DNA of 32,000 nucleotides from Acholeplasma laidlawii PG-8A (GCF_000018785.1 NC_010163.1:690001-722000), one strand, 5' to 3'. Numbered from the stretch's first letter, positions 8,999 through 18,149 are shown. Made by a program: numbers and translations. Notes: generated from the letters alone by a model not told the origin.

Positions 8999-9354
8999 TG
9001 AAAAAAGTACTTTTAGCTGTAAGTATCTTATTATCTTTACTCTTAGTTGCATGTGATAGTTCAAGTAGTGCAACCGTAGATATAGAAAATATAAACTTAA
9101 CATCAAATATCTTAGAAGCAGATTTAAAAATTAAAGTAGAATACCAAACTAGTGAAGAGTTAATGGAGCTTGTTACATCTGCAGTGAACTTAACTTATTC
9201 ACACTATAAAGAAGATTTTGGTACAAAAATATATACACTCTATTTTAAAGTGTATGCTAAAGATGCTACTGAAGCATTAGGTATTATCACGTATAAGGTA
9301 AATGATTCTAAAATTAACCCGGGTTTAACCTATATTGGAGATAATTTAAACTAA
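8998..9354 (+). CDS. Small lipoprotein of unknown function, translationally coupled to the pullulanase gene
   Basis: 118 aa. Signal peptide plus lipobox (LLVAC). Its ATG overlaps the pullulanase stop (TAATG). Confidence 0.6.
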   Translation: MKKVLLAVSILLSLLLVACDSSSSATVDIENINLTSNILEADLKIKVEYQTSEELMELVTSAVNLTYSHYKEDFGTKIYTLYFKVYAKDATEALGIITYKVNDSKINPGLTYIGDNLN

Positions 9355-9374
9355 ATTCATAGAGATAAATAAAT

Positions 9375-9407
9375 CAACCCTCTCCAATTAAGGAAAGGGT
9401 TGTTTTA
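9375..9407. terminator. Bidirectional terminator between convergent genes
   Basis: The stem is CAACCCTCTCC / GGAAAGGGTTG with one mismatch, followed by TTTT. It lies between the stops at 9354 and 9408. Confidence 0.6.
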
Positions 9408-10970
9408 TTATGAAATATAATCGTTTATTTTAGCTGAATCTATCTCTAATACTATTGTACCATATGCAGGTAACTCTAAGTTGCCATAAAGTAGTTTTAC
9501 GTAGTCAACATCAACTGTTTTAGTAGTAGAAGTCATATTATGTATCACTAGTACTGTTTGTCCTTCACCTTCAAATTCATAGTGTCTTACATAGCCTTGT
9601 AGAGAAGAGGTATTTTCATTCCAAGCTTTTAAGAAGTTACCATACATTAATCCCGGATTATCTTTTCTTAAGTTCGCTAGTGCTTTATAGTGGTTTAATA
9701 AGGAGTTTGGGTTTTCAAGTTGTGTAGCAACACTAGGCGCACTATTACTTCCATTATAAGGGTTTAACCAAGTAGTAGTTTTAGATGCATCACCCCAAAT
9801 AAATGGTGCTCTTCTATATTGATCATAAACTGTACCTTGTCCAACATCTATACCTTCGTATCTTGTACCTGTCATACCTAATTCTTCACCGTAATAAATG
9901 TGAGGTGAACCAGGTAGTGTTAATGTTACACTTGCTGCTAATTTTAATTTTTCTAATCCCATTGGACCGCTAAATTGACCGAATGATGCAATACGATCTA
10001 AATCGTGATTACTAATAAATATTCCAGGTGCATAATTTGCATTATATGGTCTATAGGTATTGAATGCACGTTCAATATTAGATACAAAGAGTCTAGAGTC
10101 TGTACCATGACCTACTTTACCCCAAATTTCATTTGCTACATAGAAATCAAATAATGAATCTAGACCGATATAGTAATTTTGTACTGCACTGTATTCATAA
10201 TCAAATACTTCACCTAAGAATAAAACACCCGGATCATTTTGTCTTGCATGTGTTTGTAAGCTTCTTAAGAACTCATGTGTTTTAGATGCCATAACAGCAG
10301 GATTTGTGCCCGGATCACCAATAAACAAGTGTTTAGCTGCATCAAATCTAAATCCAGTAATACCTTTATCTTGCCAAAATGTAATAATGTTTTTAACTTC
10401 TTCTACAACTTCTTCATTTTGAAGATTTAAATCTTTCATACCACCCGCAAATGATTCAAAAGCAGTAGAAGGAGTTTGCCAAATATACCAATCTCTATAA
10501 GGAGATGTGGATGCGTTATCTTGAGCATCTACAAACCAAGGGTGTGTATCAGAGGTATGATTTATGACCAAGTCCATCATAACGCGCATTTTGCGTGTTT
10601 TTGCCTCACTTATAAGGTTTTCTAAGTCATCCATCGTGCCATACTCAGTATTGACGTCATAATAGTCTGTAATTCGGTATCCATGATGTGAACCAAAATC
10701 TAGATCAGTTTCATTAAATGGCATCATCCAAATTGCAGTAACACCTAAATCTTCTAAATAATCAAGATTTTGTGTTACACCATTAAAGTCACCAATACCA
10801 TCGCCATCACTATCCGCAAAAGAACGTATAAATATCTCATAATAGATATCATTTCTTGGGTTTTCTGCTCTTAAATCAACTTTGTTATCACCTTCACCAT
10901 TACTTGGTGTACAAGCAATGAGTAGGCCTACCATCGCTAATAAAGTAAATAGACTCAATATTTTTTTCAT
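9408..10970 (-). CDS. GH13 alpha-amylase family lipoprotein (extracellular alpha-amylase/alpha-glucosidase-like)
   Basis: 520 aa. Lipobox LLIAC. GH13 regions are present: DLVINHTS, GFRFDAAKH, GEVFD and FISNHDLDR. The N-terminal block is YYEIFIRSFADSDGDGIGDFNG. Confidence 0.85.
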   Translation of the reverse strand: MKKILSLFTLLAMVGLLIACTPSNGEGDNKVDLRAENPRNDIYYEIFIRSFADSDGDGIGDFNGVTQNLDYLEDLGVTAIWMMPFNETDLDFGSHHGYRITDYYDVNTEYGTMDDLENLISEAKTRKMRVMMDLVINHTSDTHPWFVDAQDNASTSPYRDWYIWQTPSTAFESFAGGMKDLNLQNEEVVEEVKNIITFWQDKGITGFRFDAAKHLFIGDPGTNPAVMASKTHEFLRSLQTHARQNDPGVLFLGEVFDYEYSAVQNYYIGLDSLFDFYVANEIWGKVGHGTDSRLFVSNIERAFNTYRPYNANYAPGIFISNHDLDRIASFGQFSGPMGLEKLKLAASVTLTLPGSPHIYYGEELGMTGTRYEGIDVGQGTVYDQYRRAPFIWGDASKTTTWLNPYNGSNSAPSVATQLENPNSLLNHYKALANLRKDNPGLMYGNFLKAWNENTSSLQGYVRHYEFEGEGQTVLVIHNMTSTTKTVDVDYVKLLYGNLELPAYGTIVLEIDSAKINDYIS

Positions 10971-11071
10971 AATTACTTATCCTTTTCAATACATTTTTTC
11001 AAATATAGTTGTTACTTTAAATCTATCACAAAAGTGAATATATATATATAATAACGAATGAATCATTACTA

Positions 11072-11086
11072 TGTAAACGGTTTACT
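11072..11086. promoter_or_regulatory. LacI/MalR-type operator candidate
   Basis: TGTAAACGGTTTACT contains the palindrome GTAAAC-G-GTTTAC. It lies in the divergent amylase/ATPase intergenic region. Confidence 0.5.
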
Positions 11087-11197
11087 TTTGATAAATAACA
11101 ACAAAAAACTACATAAATAAGTAAAACATTTAGTATAATAAGTATCCCACAAAATACAATTTTCACATTTGTAAAAAAACTAACAGACTTTAAAACT

Positions 11198-11236
11198 TGA
11201 AAACGTTTGCAATTAAGTACTTAACTATGTTACAAT
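11198..11236 (+). promoter_or_regulatory. Promoter of the ABC ATPase gene with overlapping operator
   Basis: The -35 is TTGCAA (11207-11212), followed by an 18-nt spacer ending in TGT and a -10 of TACAAT (11231-11236). The near-palindromic box TGAAAACGTTTGCA (11198-11211) overlaps the -35. Confidence 0.5.
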
Positions 11237-11299
11237 AACCATGATAGAAATCTTGCATCTATCTACATTAAATCAAAATATAATTCCTAGGGGGAAAAC

Positions 11300-12538
11300 A
11301 TGGCAACATTACATTTAAAAGACATCAATAAAATCTATCCCAACGGTGTTCAAGCAGTTTTTGACTTTAACTTGAAAATCGAAGATAAAGAATTTATTGT
11401 ATTTGTCGGACCGAGTGGATGCGGTAAATCCACAACCCTCCGTATGATCGCGGGCCTTGAGGACATTAGTTCAGGCGAGTTATACATTGATGAAGAATAC
11501 AAGAACGATACTGCTCCAAAAGACAGAGATATCGCAATGGTTTTCCAAAGTTACGCGTTATATCCACACATGACTGTGTATGATAATATCGCATTTGGTT
11601 TAAAACTGCGTAAAGTTCCTAAAGCTATCATCAAAGAAAAAGTACATGCGGCAGCGGAAATTTTAGGTTTACTACCTTATTTAGATAGAAAACCGAAAGC
11701 TCTATCAGGTGGACAAAGACAACGTGTGGCATTAGGACGTTCAATCGTACGTGATGCTAAAGTATTCTTGATGGATGAGCCTCTATCAAACTTAGACGCG
11801 AAGTTACGTGTTCAAATGCGTGGGGAGTTAATTAAACTTCACAAGCAATTAGATACAACAACTATTTATGTTACCCACGACCAAATTGAAGCTATGACAA
11901 TGGCATCAAGAATCGTCGTTATGAACAAAGGTTATATCATGCAAGTAGGGTCACCTAAAGAAATTTATGACAGACCATCAAGCATTTTCGTAGCTGGCTT
12001 CATTGGAACACCTCCAATGAACTTCATTAACGGTAAAGTAAATGAAAAAGGTGTATTTGAAGCTGGTAAATTCAGAATTCAATTACCTAATGATAAACTA
12101 GAAATAGTTACTCAAAATAAATATATCGGAAAACCAATCGTTTTAGGTATCCGTGCTGAAGATATTCATGATGATGAATTAGTTATGAAAGCACATCCAA
12201 ACGGTGTATTAGATGTTGAAGTTGACGTTGCTGAGTTACTAGGTGCTGAAACAAACATCTACATGGATATTAATGGATCAAATGTCATCGCTAAAGTTGA
12301 CGCTAGAACCAACATTAGTATTGGTGATAAGATTCAAGTAGCATTTGACTTAAACAAAATTCATTTCTTTGATCCTGAAACTGAGTTAAGACTAGAACTT
12401 GATCCAAACGTGAAAACACATGCTAGATTAGCTGTTGAAGCTGCTAAAGCTGCGGGTCATGACTTACCAACAACTAAAAAAGATGAAGTTGTTGAAGAAA
12501 TCAAACCAGTATCAGAAGAAAAAGCATCTAAAAAATAA
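11300..12538 (+). CDS. Sugar ABC transporter ATP-binding protein (MalK/MsmK/MsmX/UgpC type) with a charged C-terminal extension
   Basis: 412 aa. Walker A GPSGCGKST, signature LSGGQRQR and Walker B VFLMDEPLS are present, along with a MalK-type C-terminal regulatory domain. It is encoded apart from the permeases under its own operator. The last ~45 aa form a Lys/Glu-rich tail. Confidence 0.9.
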   Translation: MATLHLKDINKIYPNGVQAVFDFNLKIEDKEFIVFVGPSGCGKSTTLRMIAGLEDISSGELYIDEEYKNDTAPKDRDIAMVFQSYALYPHMTVYDNIAFGLKLRKVPKAIIKEKVHAAAEILGLLPYLDRKPKALSGGQRQRVALGRSIVRDAKVFLMDEPLSNLDAKLRVQMRGELIKLHKQLDTTTIYVTHDQIEAMTMASRIVVMNKGYIMQVGSPKEIYDRPSSIFVAGFIGTPPMNFINGKVNEKGVFEAGKFRIQLPNDKLEIVTQNKYIGKPIVLGIRAEDIHDDELVMKAHPNGVLDVEVDVAELLGAETNIYMDINGSNVIAKVDARTNISIGDKIQVAFDLNKIHFFDPETELRLELDPNVKTHARLAVEAAKAAGHDLPTTKKDEVVEEIKPVSEEKASKK

Positions 12539-12544
12539 GTTCAG

Positions 12545-12709
12545 ATGAAAACTAAAGATCAAAAAATTGTTATTGATAGGCGAGATTTAAAAGTTAGAGA
12601 TAAATATTTTATTGAAAACAAACTCAAATATAAGATGACAATTGTTGAATCTAAGAAAAAATATAATCGTAAAAGATTAAAGAAAACTATAAATACAGAA
12701 GAAATCTAG
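12545..12709 (+). CDS. Small basic protein (54 aa), unknown function
   Basis: The ATG lies 6 nt after the ATPase stop, with no clear SD, so expression may depend on coupling. Translation is MKTKDQKIVIDRRDLKVRDKYFIENKLKYKMTIVESKKKYNRKRLKKTINTEEI. It falls below the 60-aa track threshold. The last codons lie in the 5' arm of the terminator. Confidence 0.4.
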   Translation: MKTKDQKIVIDRRDLKVRDKYFIENKLKYKMTIVESKKKYNRKRLKKTINTEEI

Positions 12710-12733
12710 CAAGAAGGTTTCTTCTGTTTTTTT
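12695..12733 (+). terminator. Rho-independent terminator
   Basis: Perfect 10-bp stem ACAGAAGAAA / TTTCTTCTGT followed by T7. The TAG stop of the small ORF sits in the loop. Confidence 0.75.
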
Positions 12734-12767
12734 ACCAACAATAAAATAAATAAAGAGGAGAAGTGCG

Positions 12768-13280
12768 ATGAGTTTATATGATATTGAAGTTACAAGAGCA
12801 GACGGTTCTAAAGAAATGATGTCAAAATATCAAGGTAAAGTCTTATTGATTGTAAATACTGCTACAAAATGTGGTTATACAAAACAATATGAAGGTTTGC
12901 AAGAAATCTATGACAACTATAAAGATAAGGGTTTTGAAATCCTTGATTTTCCATGTAACCAATTTTTAGCACAAGCACCGGGTTCCATCAAAAAAATCAA
13001 TGAATTCTGTCAAATTAATTTCGGAACAACATTTACACTATTTGATAAAGTGAAAGTGAATTCTAAAAATGCACATCCACTTTATAAATACTTAAAAGAT
13101 AACGGTCCTGAAGAAGTTGTCGTATCACATGATGCATTAGTACCCTCAGGTAAACCAAAAGATAAAATTAGTTGGAATTTTACTAAATTTTTAATTAGTA
13201 AAGAAGGTGAGATATTGTACCGTTTTTCACCGAAAGTTACGCCTGAAGAGTTACTACCTTATCTACAAAAAACACTGTAA
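12768..13280 (+). CDS. Glutathione peroxidase family protein
   Basis: 170 aa. Blocks VNTATKCGYT (catalytic Cys), FPCNQF and WNFTKFL are present. A GAGGAG RBS lies upstream. Confidence 0.9.
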   Translation: MSLYDIEVTRADGSKEMMSKYQGKVLLIVNTATKCGYTKQYEGLQEIYDNYKDKGFEILDFPCNQFLAQAPGSIKKINEFCQINFGTTFTLFDKVKVNSKNAHPLYKYLKDNGPEEVVVSHDALVPSGKPKDKISWNFTKFLISKEGEILYRFSPKVTPEELLPYLQKTL

Positions 13281-13306
13281 TAACTGTGTGTAGATTATGA
13301 TAATCA

Positions 13307-13335
13307 TTGACTTTCAGGGCTATTTTTGATATGAT
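13307..13335 (+). promoter_or_regulatory. Sigma-70-type promoter for the CNNM/CorC-family gene
   Basis: TTGACT (13307-12), a 17-nt spacer ending in TGA, then TATGAT (13330-35), giving an extended -10. The predicted leader is about 105 nt. Confidence 0.6.
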
Positions 13336-13447
13336 TATATCGTTATTAAAATGTAATAACACGGAGGAAGTACATAAATATGGAAGATTCAAGTAGCGGG
13401 CAGAGGACAACATTAAGTGATGACCCACACGAGGGGGTAACCTTCTA

Positions 13448-14797
13448 ATGGGATTACAAATATTCTTAATTGTATTTTTTATTGTCTTAAACGGTATATT
13501 TGCAGCTAGTGAAATTGCACTAGTATCTGCAAATAGAAGAGAGATTCAAGAAGATGCTGATGCAGGTGGTAAGAAAGCTAAAAAAGCTAAACGAGTGTTA
13601 AAACTCATTGAGAATCCAACAAGATTCTTGTCTACTATTCAAATCGGTATTACGATGTTTGGTTTTATTAATGGGGTGATTGCAGCGGATGCATTCTCTA
13701 ATCTCATCTCAGACCAAATTGCAAATTGGACAGGGTTTGATACATTAATTATCATTCCAGTTGTCACATTTATAATCACACTGATCTTAACTTATTTCCA
13801 AGTTATCTTTGGAGAGTTAGTACCTAAACGTATTGCTATGAAGTCACCTGAACGTGTTTCATATATATTTATTGGGTTTTTAAGTGCGATTGCAGTCATA
13901 ATGAAGCCATTTGTTGTATTATTAACGTCTTCAGCAAATCTGATCATTCGTTTATTTGGCATAAACCCGCAAGATGATGATGACACATTATCCGAAGAGG
14001 AACTCATCTTAGAACTAAATGCCTCAGAGTCTAAAGGGTTCATTGACAGTTCAGAAAATGAAATGATTCAAAATATATTTGAATTTGATTCAACAACTGT
14101 TGAAGAAGTCATGACCCACAGAACTGAAGTTTCAGCAATCAATGTAAATTCTACAAGAGACGAACTTGTAAAATTCGTAACAAACGAAAAATACACAAGA
14201 TTTCCAGTATATGAGGAAACCTTAGATAAAATCGTTGGTACACTTCATGTTAAAGATTTATTAAAATATCTATCAGAACATGAAGATAAAAACGAATTTG
14301 ATATTCATGAAATATTAAGAGATCCACTCTTTGTACCTCAATCTAAAAATACAAGAGCGTTATTTAGAGAAATGAAATTAACTAAAACGCATATTGCAAT
14401 TGTAATTGATGAGTACGGTGGAACTGCTGGTATTATCACCTTTGAAGACTTAATTGAAGAGATATTAGGTAATATTTCTGATGAGTATGATGAGGATGAA
14501 GAAGAAATTCAAGCAATCAGTGAAGACAGATATGAAATCGATGGTTTAATTGATTTAGATGATGTCGAAGATTTAATACATGCTGGTTTACCAATAGAGG
14601 ATTATGACACTTTATCAGGGTTTTTACTTGGCCAATTAGGTCGATTCCCGGAAGCTGATGAATCCATAGTTGTAGTATACGGACATTATAGATTCGAAGT
14701 TCTATCTTATGAAGATAAAATCATTGAACGTGTTTTGGTTACACGTATCGAAGAAGAACCAATTGAAGAAGTAATGAATGAAACGGATGCAATGTAA
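13448..14797 (+). CDS. CNNM/CorC/TlyC-family membrane protein (DUF21 + CBS pair + CorC_HlyC domain)
   Basis: 449 aa. An N-terminal DUF21 TM region (LNGIFAASEIALVS) is followed by a CBS pair (VEEVMTHRTEV...) and the C-terminal block DEYGGTAGIITFEDLIEEILG. Confidence 0.85.
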   Translation: MGLQIFLIVFFIVLNGIFAASEIALVSANRREIQEDADAGGKKAKKAKRVLKLIENPTRFLSTIQIGITMFGFINGVIAADAFSNLISDQIANWTGFDTLIIIPVVTFIITLILTYFQVIFGELVPKRIAMKSPERVSYIFIGFLSAIAVIMKPFVVLLTSSANLIIRLFGINPQDDDDTLSEEELILELNASESKGFIDSSENEMIQNIFEFDSTTVEEVMTHRTEVSAINVNSTRDELVKFVTNEKYTRFPVYEETLDKIVGTLHVKDLLKYLSEHEDKNEFDIHEILRDPLFVPQSKNTRALFREMKLTKTHIAIVIDEYGGTAGIITFEDLIEEILGNISDEYDEDEEEIQAISEDRYEIDGLIDLDDVEDLIHAGLPIEDYDTLSGFLLGQLGRFPEADESIVVVYGHYRFEVLSYEDKIIERVLVTRIEEEPIEEVMNETDAM

Positions 14798-14818
14798 TTT
14801 GCATCCGTTTTTCTTTTA
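14781..14818 (+). terminator. Rho-independent terminator
   Basis: 12-bp stem AAACGGATGCAA / TTGCATCCGTTT followed by a T-rich tract. The TAA stop is in the loop. Confidence 0.75.
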
Positions 14819-14856
14819 ATGTTTTTTAAAATATACCTAAACTCAATGACAAAGTC

Positions 14857-14887
14857 ATAAAAAAAGGTATCCATTAATGGATACCTT
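14857..14887 (-). terminator. Rho-independent terminator of the lipoprotein gene
   Basis: 10-bp stem AAGGTATCCA / TGGATACCTT with loop TTAA. On the minus strand it is followed by a T8 run. Confidence 0.7.
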
Positions 14888-14901
14888 ATTTAATATAAAA
14901 C

Positions 14902-15855
14902 TTATTTAGCTGGAACTAATTTCCATAAATCAAAGAAGTCAGTAGCTGTAATTGTTACACCAGCAACACCTTCGAAATCACCATCAGTATTTGTTTCTGG
15001 GAATGATTGGTTTTCTACTAAGTAAGCAGCAGCAGCATAAGCTTGAGCGTCATAATCTTTTTTAATTGGAGAAGCACCAGTCATACCATATGATGTACCT
15101 AATTGGTTTTTAGTCTTTAATAGTTTAGGTGTAGCAGAAGTATAATCAGCCATTAATGAAATGCTTGGTGTTTCTGGATTTTCATCATGGTCAATTTTTG
15201 TTACAAATCCTGCAGCATTTACAACAGCTTTGTAACCATAGAAAACGTTGTTGAAGTATGCTAATACGATACGACCATTAACTACTACAAATGAACCGAA
15301 TGTGTAAGCATCCCATGTACCTGTACTTACAACTTCTTCCTTAATAGGATCCCAGTATTGAACTGCAGCATGTTCTTCAGCATTAGCTTTTAGAGTTTGG
15401 AAATGGTAACCATCTTTGTAATCACCTTTTTCAACTGGTTCGCTTGCTAAAGCGATTTCTGCTAGAGCATAGAATTCTGAAGTAGTAATTGAGACACCTG
15501 CTGGAGCTGGTAATTGATCATTTACATCGCCTTTTGAGTCGATGAATTTTTCAATAACTAGGTCAGCTTGTTCATGCCACCATAAATCTGAATTCATATT
15601 ATAGATACCTGCTTTTGAAGCAGCAACTTTATCCATACCTTTGTATGTGTTGTTAGCATCCCCTTCGATGTTGAATGCATTCCATTCAGCACCTACAACT
15701 TTGTCACCTTTTTTCTCGATGACAACCCAATATACCCAAGATGAAGTGTCAGTTGGTGTTTGACTTGCAAAATAAAATTTGCTTTCAGATGGGCCACAAG
15801 CAGTTAAAGCAACTGCCATGATTAAAAATAATATAACGAAAAATCCTTTTTTCAT
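14902..15855 (-). CDS. Lipoprotein with two tandem FMN_bind-like repeats (function unknown)
   Basis: The start is moved to MKKGFF because GGAGG lies 5 nt upstream of that ATG. Lipobox LTAC. There is an internal duplication: VVIEKKGDKVVGAEWNAF / FVVVNGRIVLAYFNNVF, and AGVSITTSEFYAL / AGVTITATDFFDL. The latter pair resembles the SGAT(I/V)TS region of FMN-binding domains. Confidence 0.45.
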   Translation of the reverse strand: MKKGFFVILFLIMAVALTACGPSESKFYFASQTPTDTSSWVYWVVIEKKGDKVVGAEWNAFNIEGDANNTYKGMDKVAASKAGIYNMNSDLWWHEQADLVIEKFIDSKGDVNDQLPAPAGVSITTSEFYALAEIALASEPVEKGDYKDGYHFQTLKANAEEHAAVQYWDPIKEEVVSTGTWDAYTFGSFVVVNGRIVLAYFNNVFYGYKAVVNAAGFVTKIDHDENPETPSISLMADYTSATPKLLKTKNQLGTSYGMTGASPIKKDYDAQAYAAAAYLVENQSFPETNTDGDFEGVAGVTITATDFFDLWKLVPAK

Positions 15856-16141
15856 GTTTTCCTCCATTTAATTTTATAAGATATCGTTTGTTCGTCTATT
15901 ATTATAATTTATTAAAATATATAAGTCAAAGAAAGTTATAAAAGAAAATGACATTTGTGTGAAAGTTATTACATTATCTTTCAGGATACCTTTCATTGCA
16001 TTTTTATTACAATATCATTTGACAAAACCTTATGAATGATTATTCACTATTTTACAGTAAAAATTAGTAGGGTGATATTATAGTAACGCGGTTTAAAATT
16101 TGTTATAATTGACTTGTAATAGAAAAATAAAAGGAGTTTTT

Positions 16142-18145
16142 ATGGATATAAGTGCGTTAATAGATATGATCGTATCTATATCAAATAACATTTTGATTTT
16201 ACTATCCATAGTCTTTTTATACACGCTTTCTAACTATGAACTTTATAAGCATAAACGCATTAAACAAGTAGTAACCGGTATTGTTGTCGGATTTTTGACT
16301 TTATTTTTAATGACCAATCCAATGGTATTTGAAGAAGGTATTGTTTTTGATACAAGAACCATACTTATACCAATATCCGGTGTATTCTTTGGGCCGATTA
16401 CTACAATCATAGCGAGTATCATTGCCATTGCTTACAGAGTTAATTTAGGTGGAGTTGGTATGATGGTGGGTATATCAACAATCGTCATTAGTGCAGTGAT
16501 TGGTATTTTGTGGCGTTATATATTCAGACGTCATAAATTTAAAAACAAATATTTAGAGTATTATATTTTAGGCTTTACATCGAATGCTCTTGTATTTCTG
16601 CTCATGTTCTTTTTACCAGACAGTTTAAATGTCATTAGACAAGTATTTCCGATTTATCTTATCCTCTTTCCGGTTGTTACGATGTTAACTGGTGTAGTCA
16701 TTAAACAGCAACAGTTTAGAATACAAGCAAGCAACCTTGAAAAAGCTCAAATGCTATTACTTCAAAGTTCTATAGATGCTTCACACAACGTGGAAATATA
16801 TGTAGTGGATAGTGCCTACAATTATCTGACCTTTAATATTTTTCATAAGAATCAAATAAAAGCATATTTTAATGTAGAAATTGATGTAGGGTTTAATGTA
16901 CTATCCTTATTAAAGGATGATAATAGAAGAACACGTATTAAAACATCAATTGATAGTGCTTTAAAGGGTGAAATAATTCATGATGTCATATATACTACAT
17001 TACCTGGTAATAAAATTATAGAGGAACGTTTTACACCACTTCGACGTGGACATGATATTTTAGGGGTAACAGTTTTCATCAGAGATATTACTGAACAACG
17101 TCTACATGAAGACTCTATTATGAGATTAAGTTATTATGATGGCCTTACAGGGTTACCAAATAGAAGATATTTTCAAGAAAAATTAGTAGAAGTTAATGAT
17201 AATCAATACTGTCCTGTATCAATCATTACATGTGATATCAATGGCTTGAAACTCTTTAATGACGCATTGGGACATAAAATGGGAGATTTGGTACTTGTTA
17301 AAGTAGCAGAAATTCTTACCAGACACTTATTACCAAATGGTACAGTTAGCCGTATAGGTGGCGATGAATTTATATTTATTCTACCAAACACGGATTATGA
17401 TACAGCCCTTAAGATGATGGAAAAAGTCGATAATGAATTTGATAAACATCTATTTAATGGTTTAAAACTCTCAGTTTCTTATGGGATTGCGACTAAATTA
17501 GAAGGTGATCATATCGATGATGTTCTAAAACAAAGTGAAGTACAAATGCATAAGAGTAAACTCTTTGAAAAAGCATCTCACCGCAGTGAATTTATTAAAT
17601 CTATCTTAAATACCTTGAGAGAAAAAAATCCTCGAGAAAAGGATCATTCTACTAGGGTAGCTACCATCTGTACAGAAATTGGTAAATTCCTAGGTATGAA
17701 AAAACATGATCTAAATTTACTCGAGGCGATCGCATCACTTCATGATATTGGAAAGATTGCTATTGATGAAGCCATCTTGAATAAACCAGGCAAACTAACA
17801 CCTAAAGAATGGGAAGCAATTAAAAAGCACCCTGAAATTGGTTATAGAATTATTTCTACTGCCCCTGAATATGCAGAAATTGCAGAGGATATATTATCCC
17901 ACCATGAACATTTTAATGGTCAAGGCTATCCAAGAGGGTTAAGCGGTGAAGATATTCCTATTAGAGCTAGAATAGTTTCGATTGCTGATGCTTATGATGC
18001 TATGGTATCTAGGCGAACTTATAAAGAGCCTATGACACACGAACAAGCAATTTTAGAAATTAAACGCTGTTCAGGTACTCAGTTTGATCCTAATTTAGTG
18101 AATATATTTGTTGATTTAATTGAGAATGGCGTATTATACCTATAA
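16142..18145 (+). CDS. Membrane sensor protein: LytS-type 5TM receptor + PAS-like region + GGDEF diguanylate cyclase + HD-GYP phosphodiesterase
   Basis: The start is set at ATG 16142, preceded by an AAAGGAG RBS; the track's TTG at 16109 overlaps a TGtTATAAT extended -10. The 5TMR-LYT signature (FDTRTILIPISGVFFGP) is present. The GGDEF site is intact (RIGGDEF). HD-GYP motifs are LHDIGK and HHEHFNGQGYP. Confidence 0.85.
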   Translation: MDISALIDMIVSISNNILILLSIVFLYTLSNYELYKHKRIKQVVTGIVVGFLTLFLMTNPMVFEEGIVFDTRTILIPISGVFFGPITTIIASIIAIAYRVNLGGVGMMVGISTIVISAVIGILWRYIFRRHKFKNKYLEYYILGFTSNALVFLLMFFLPDSLNVIRQVFPIYLILFPVVTMLTGVVIKQQQFRIQASNLEKAQMLLLQSSIDASHNVEIYVVDSAYNYLTFNIFHKNQIKAYFNVEIDVGFNVLSLLKDDNRRTRIKTSIDSALKGEIIHDVIYTTLPGNKIIEERFTPLRRGHDILGVTVFIRDITEQRLHEDSIMRLSYYDGLTGLPNRRYFQEKLVEVNDNQYCPVSIITCDINGLKLFNDALGHKMGDLVLVKVAEILTRHLLPNGTVSRIGGDEFIFILPNTDYDTALKMMEKVDNEFDKHLFNGLKLSVSYGIATKLEGDHIDDVLKQSEVQMHKSKLFEKASHRSEFIKSILNTLREKNPREKDHSTRVATICTEIGKFLGMKKHDLNLLEAIASLHDIGKIAIDEAILNKPGKLTPKEWEAIKKHPEIGYRIISTAPEYAEIAEDILSHHEHFNGQGYPRGLSGEDIPIRARIVSIADAYDAMVSRRTYKEPMTHEQAILEIKRCSGTQFDPNLVNIFVDLIENGVLYL

Positions 18146-18149
18146 TTAA

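Noticed and set aside
13336-13447. M-box or yybP-ykoY riboswitch upstream of the CNNM/CorC gene
   Set aside because: I could not find the conserved cores I remember (GTTAGGTGAGGCT for the M-box; GGGGAGTAGC and TTGACATA for yybP-ykoY). It is reported only as an unexplained structured leader.
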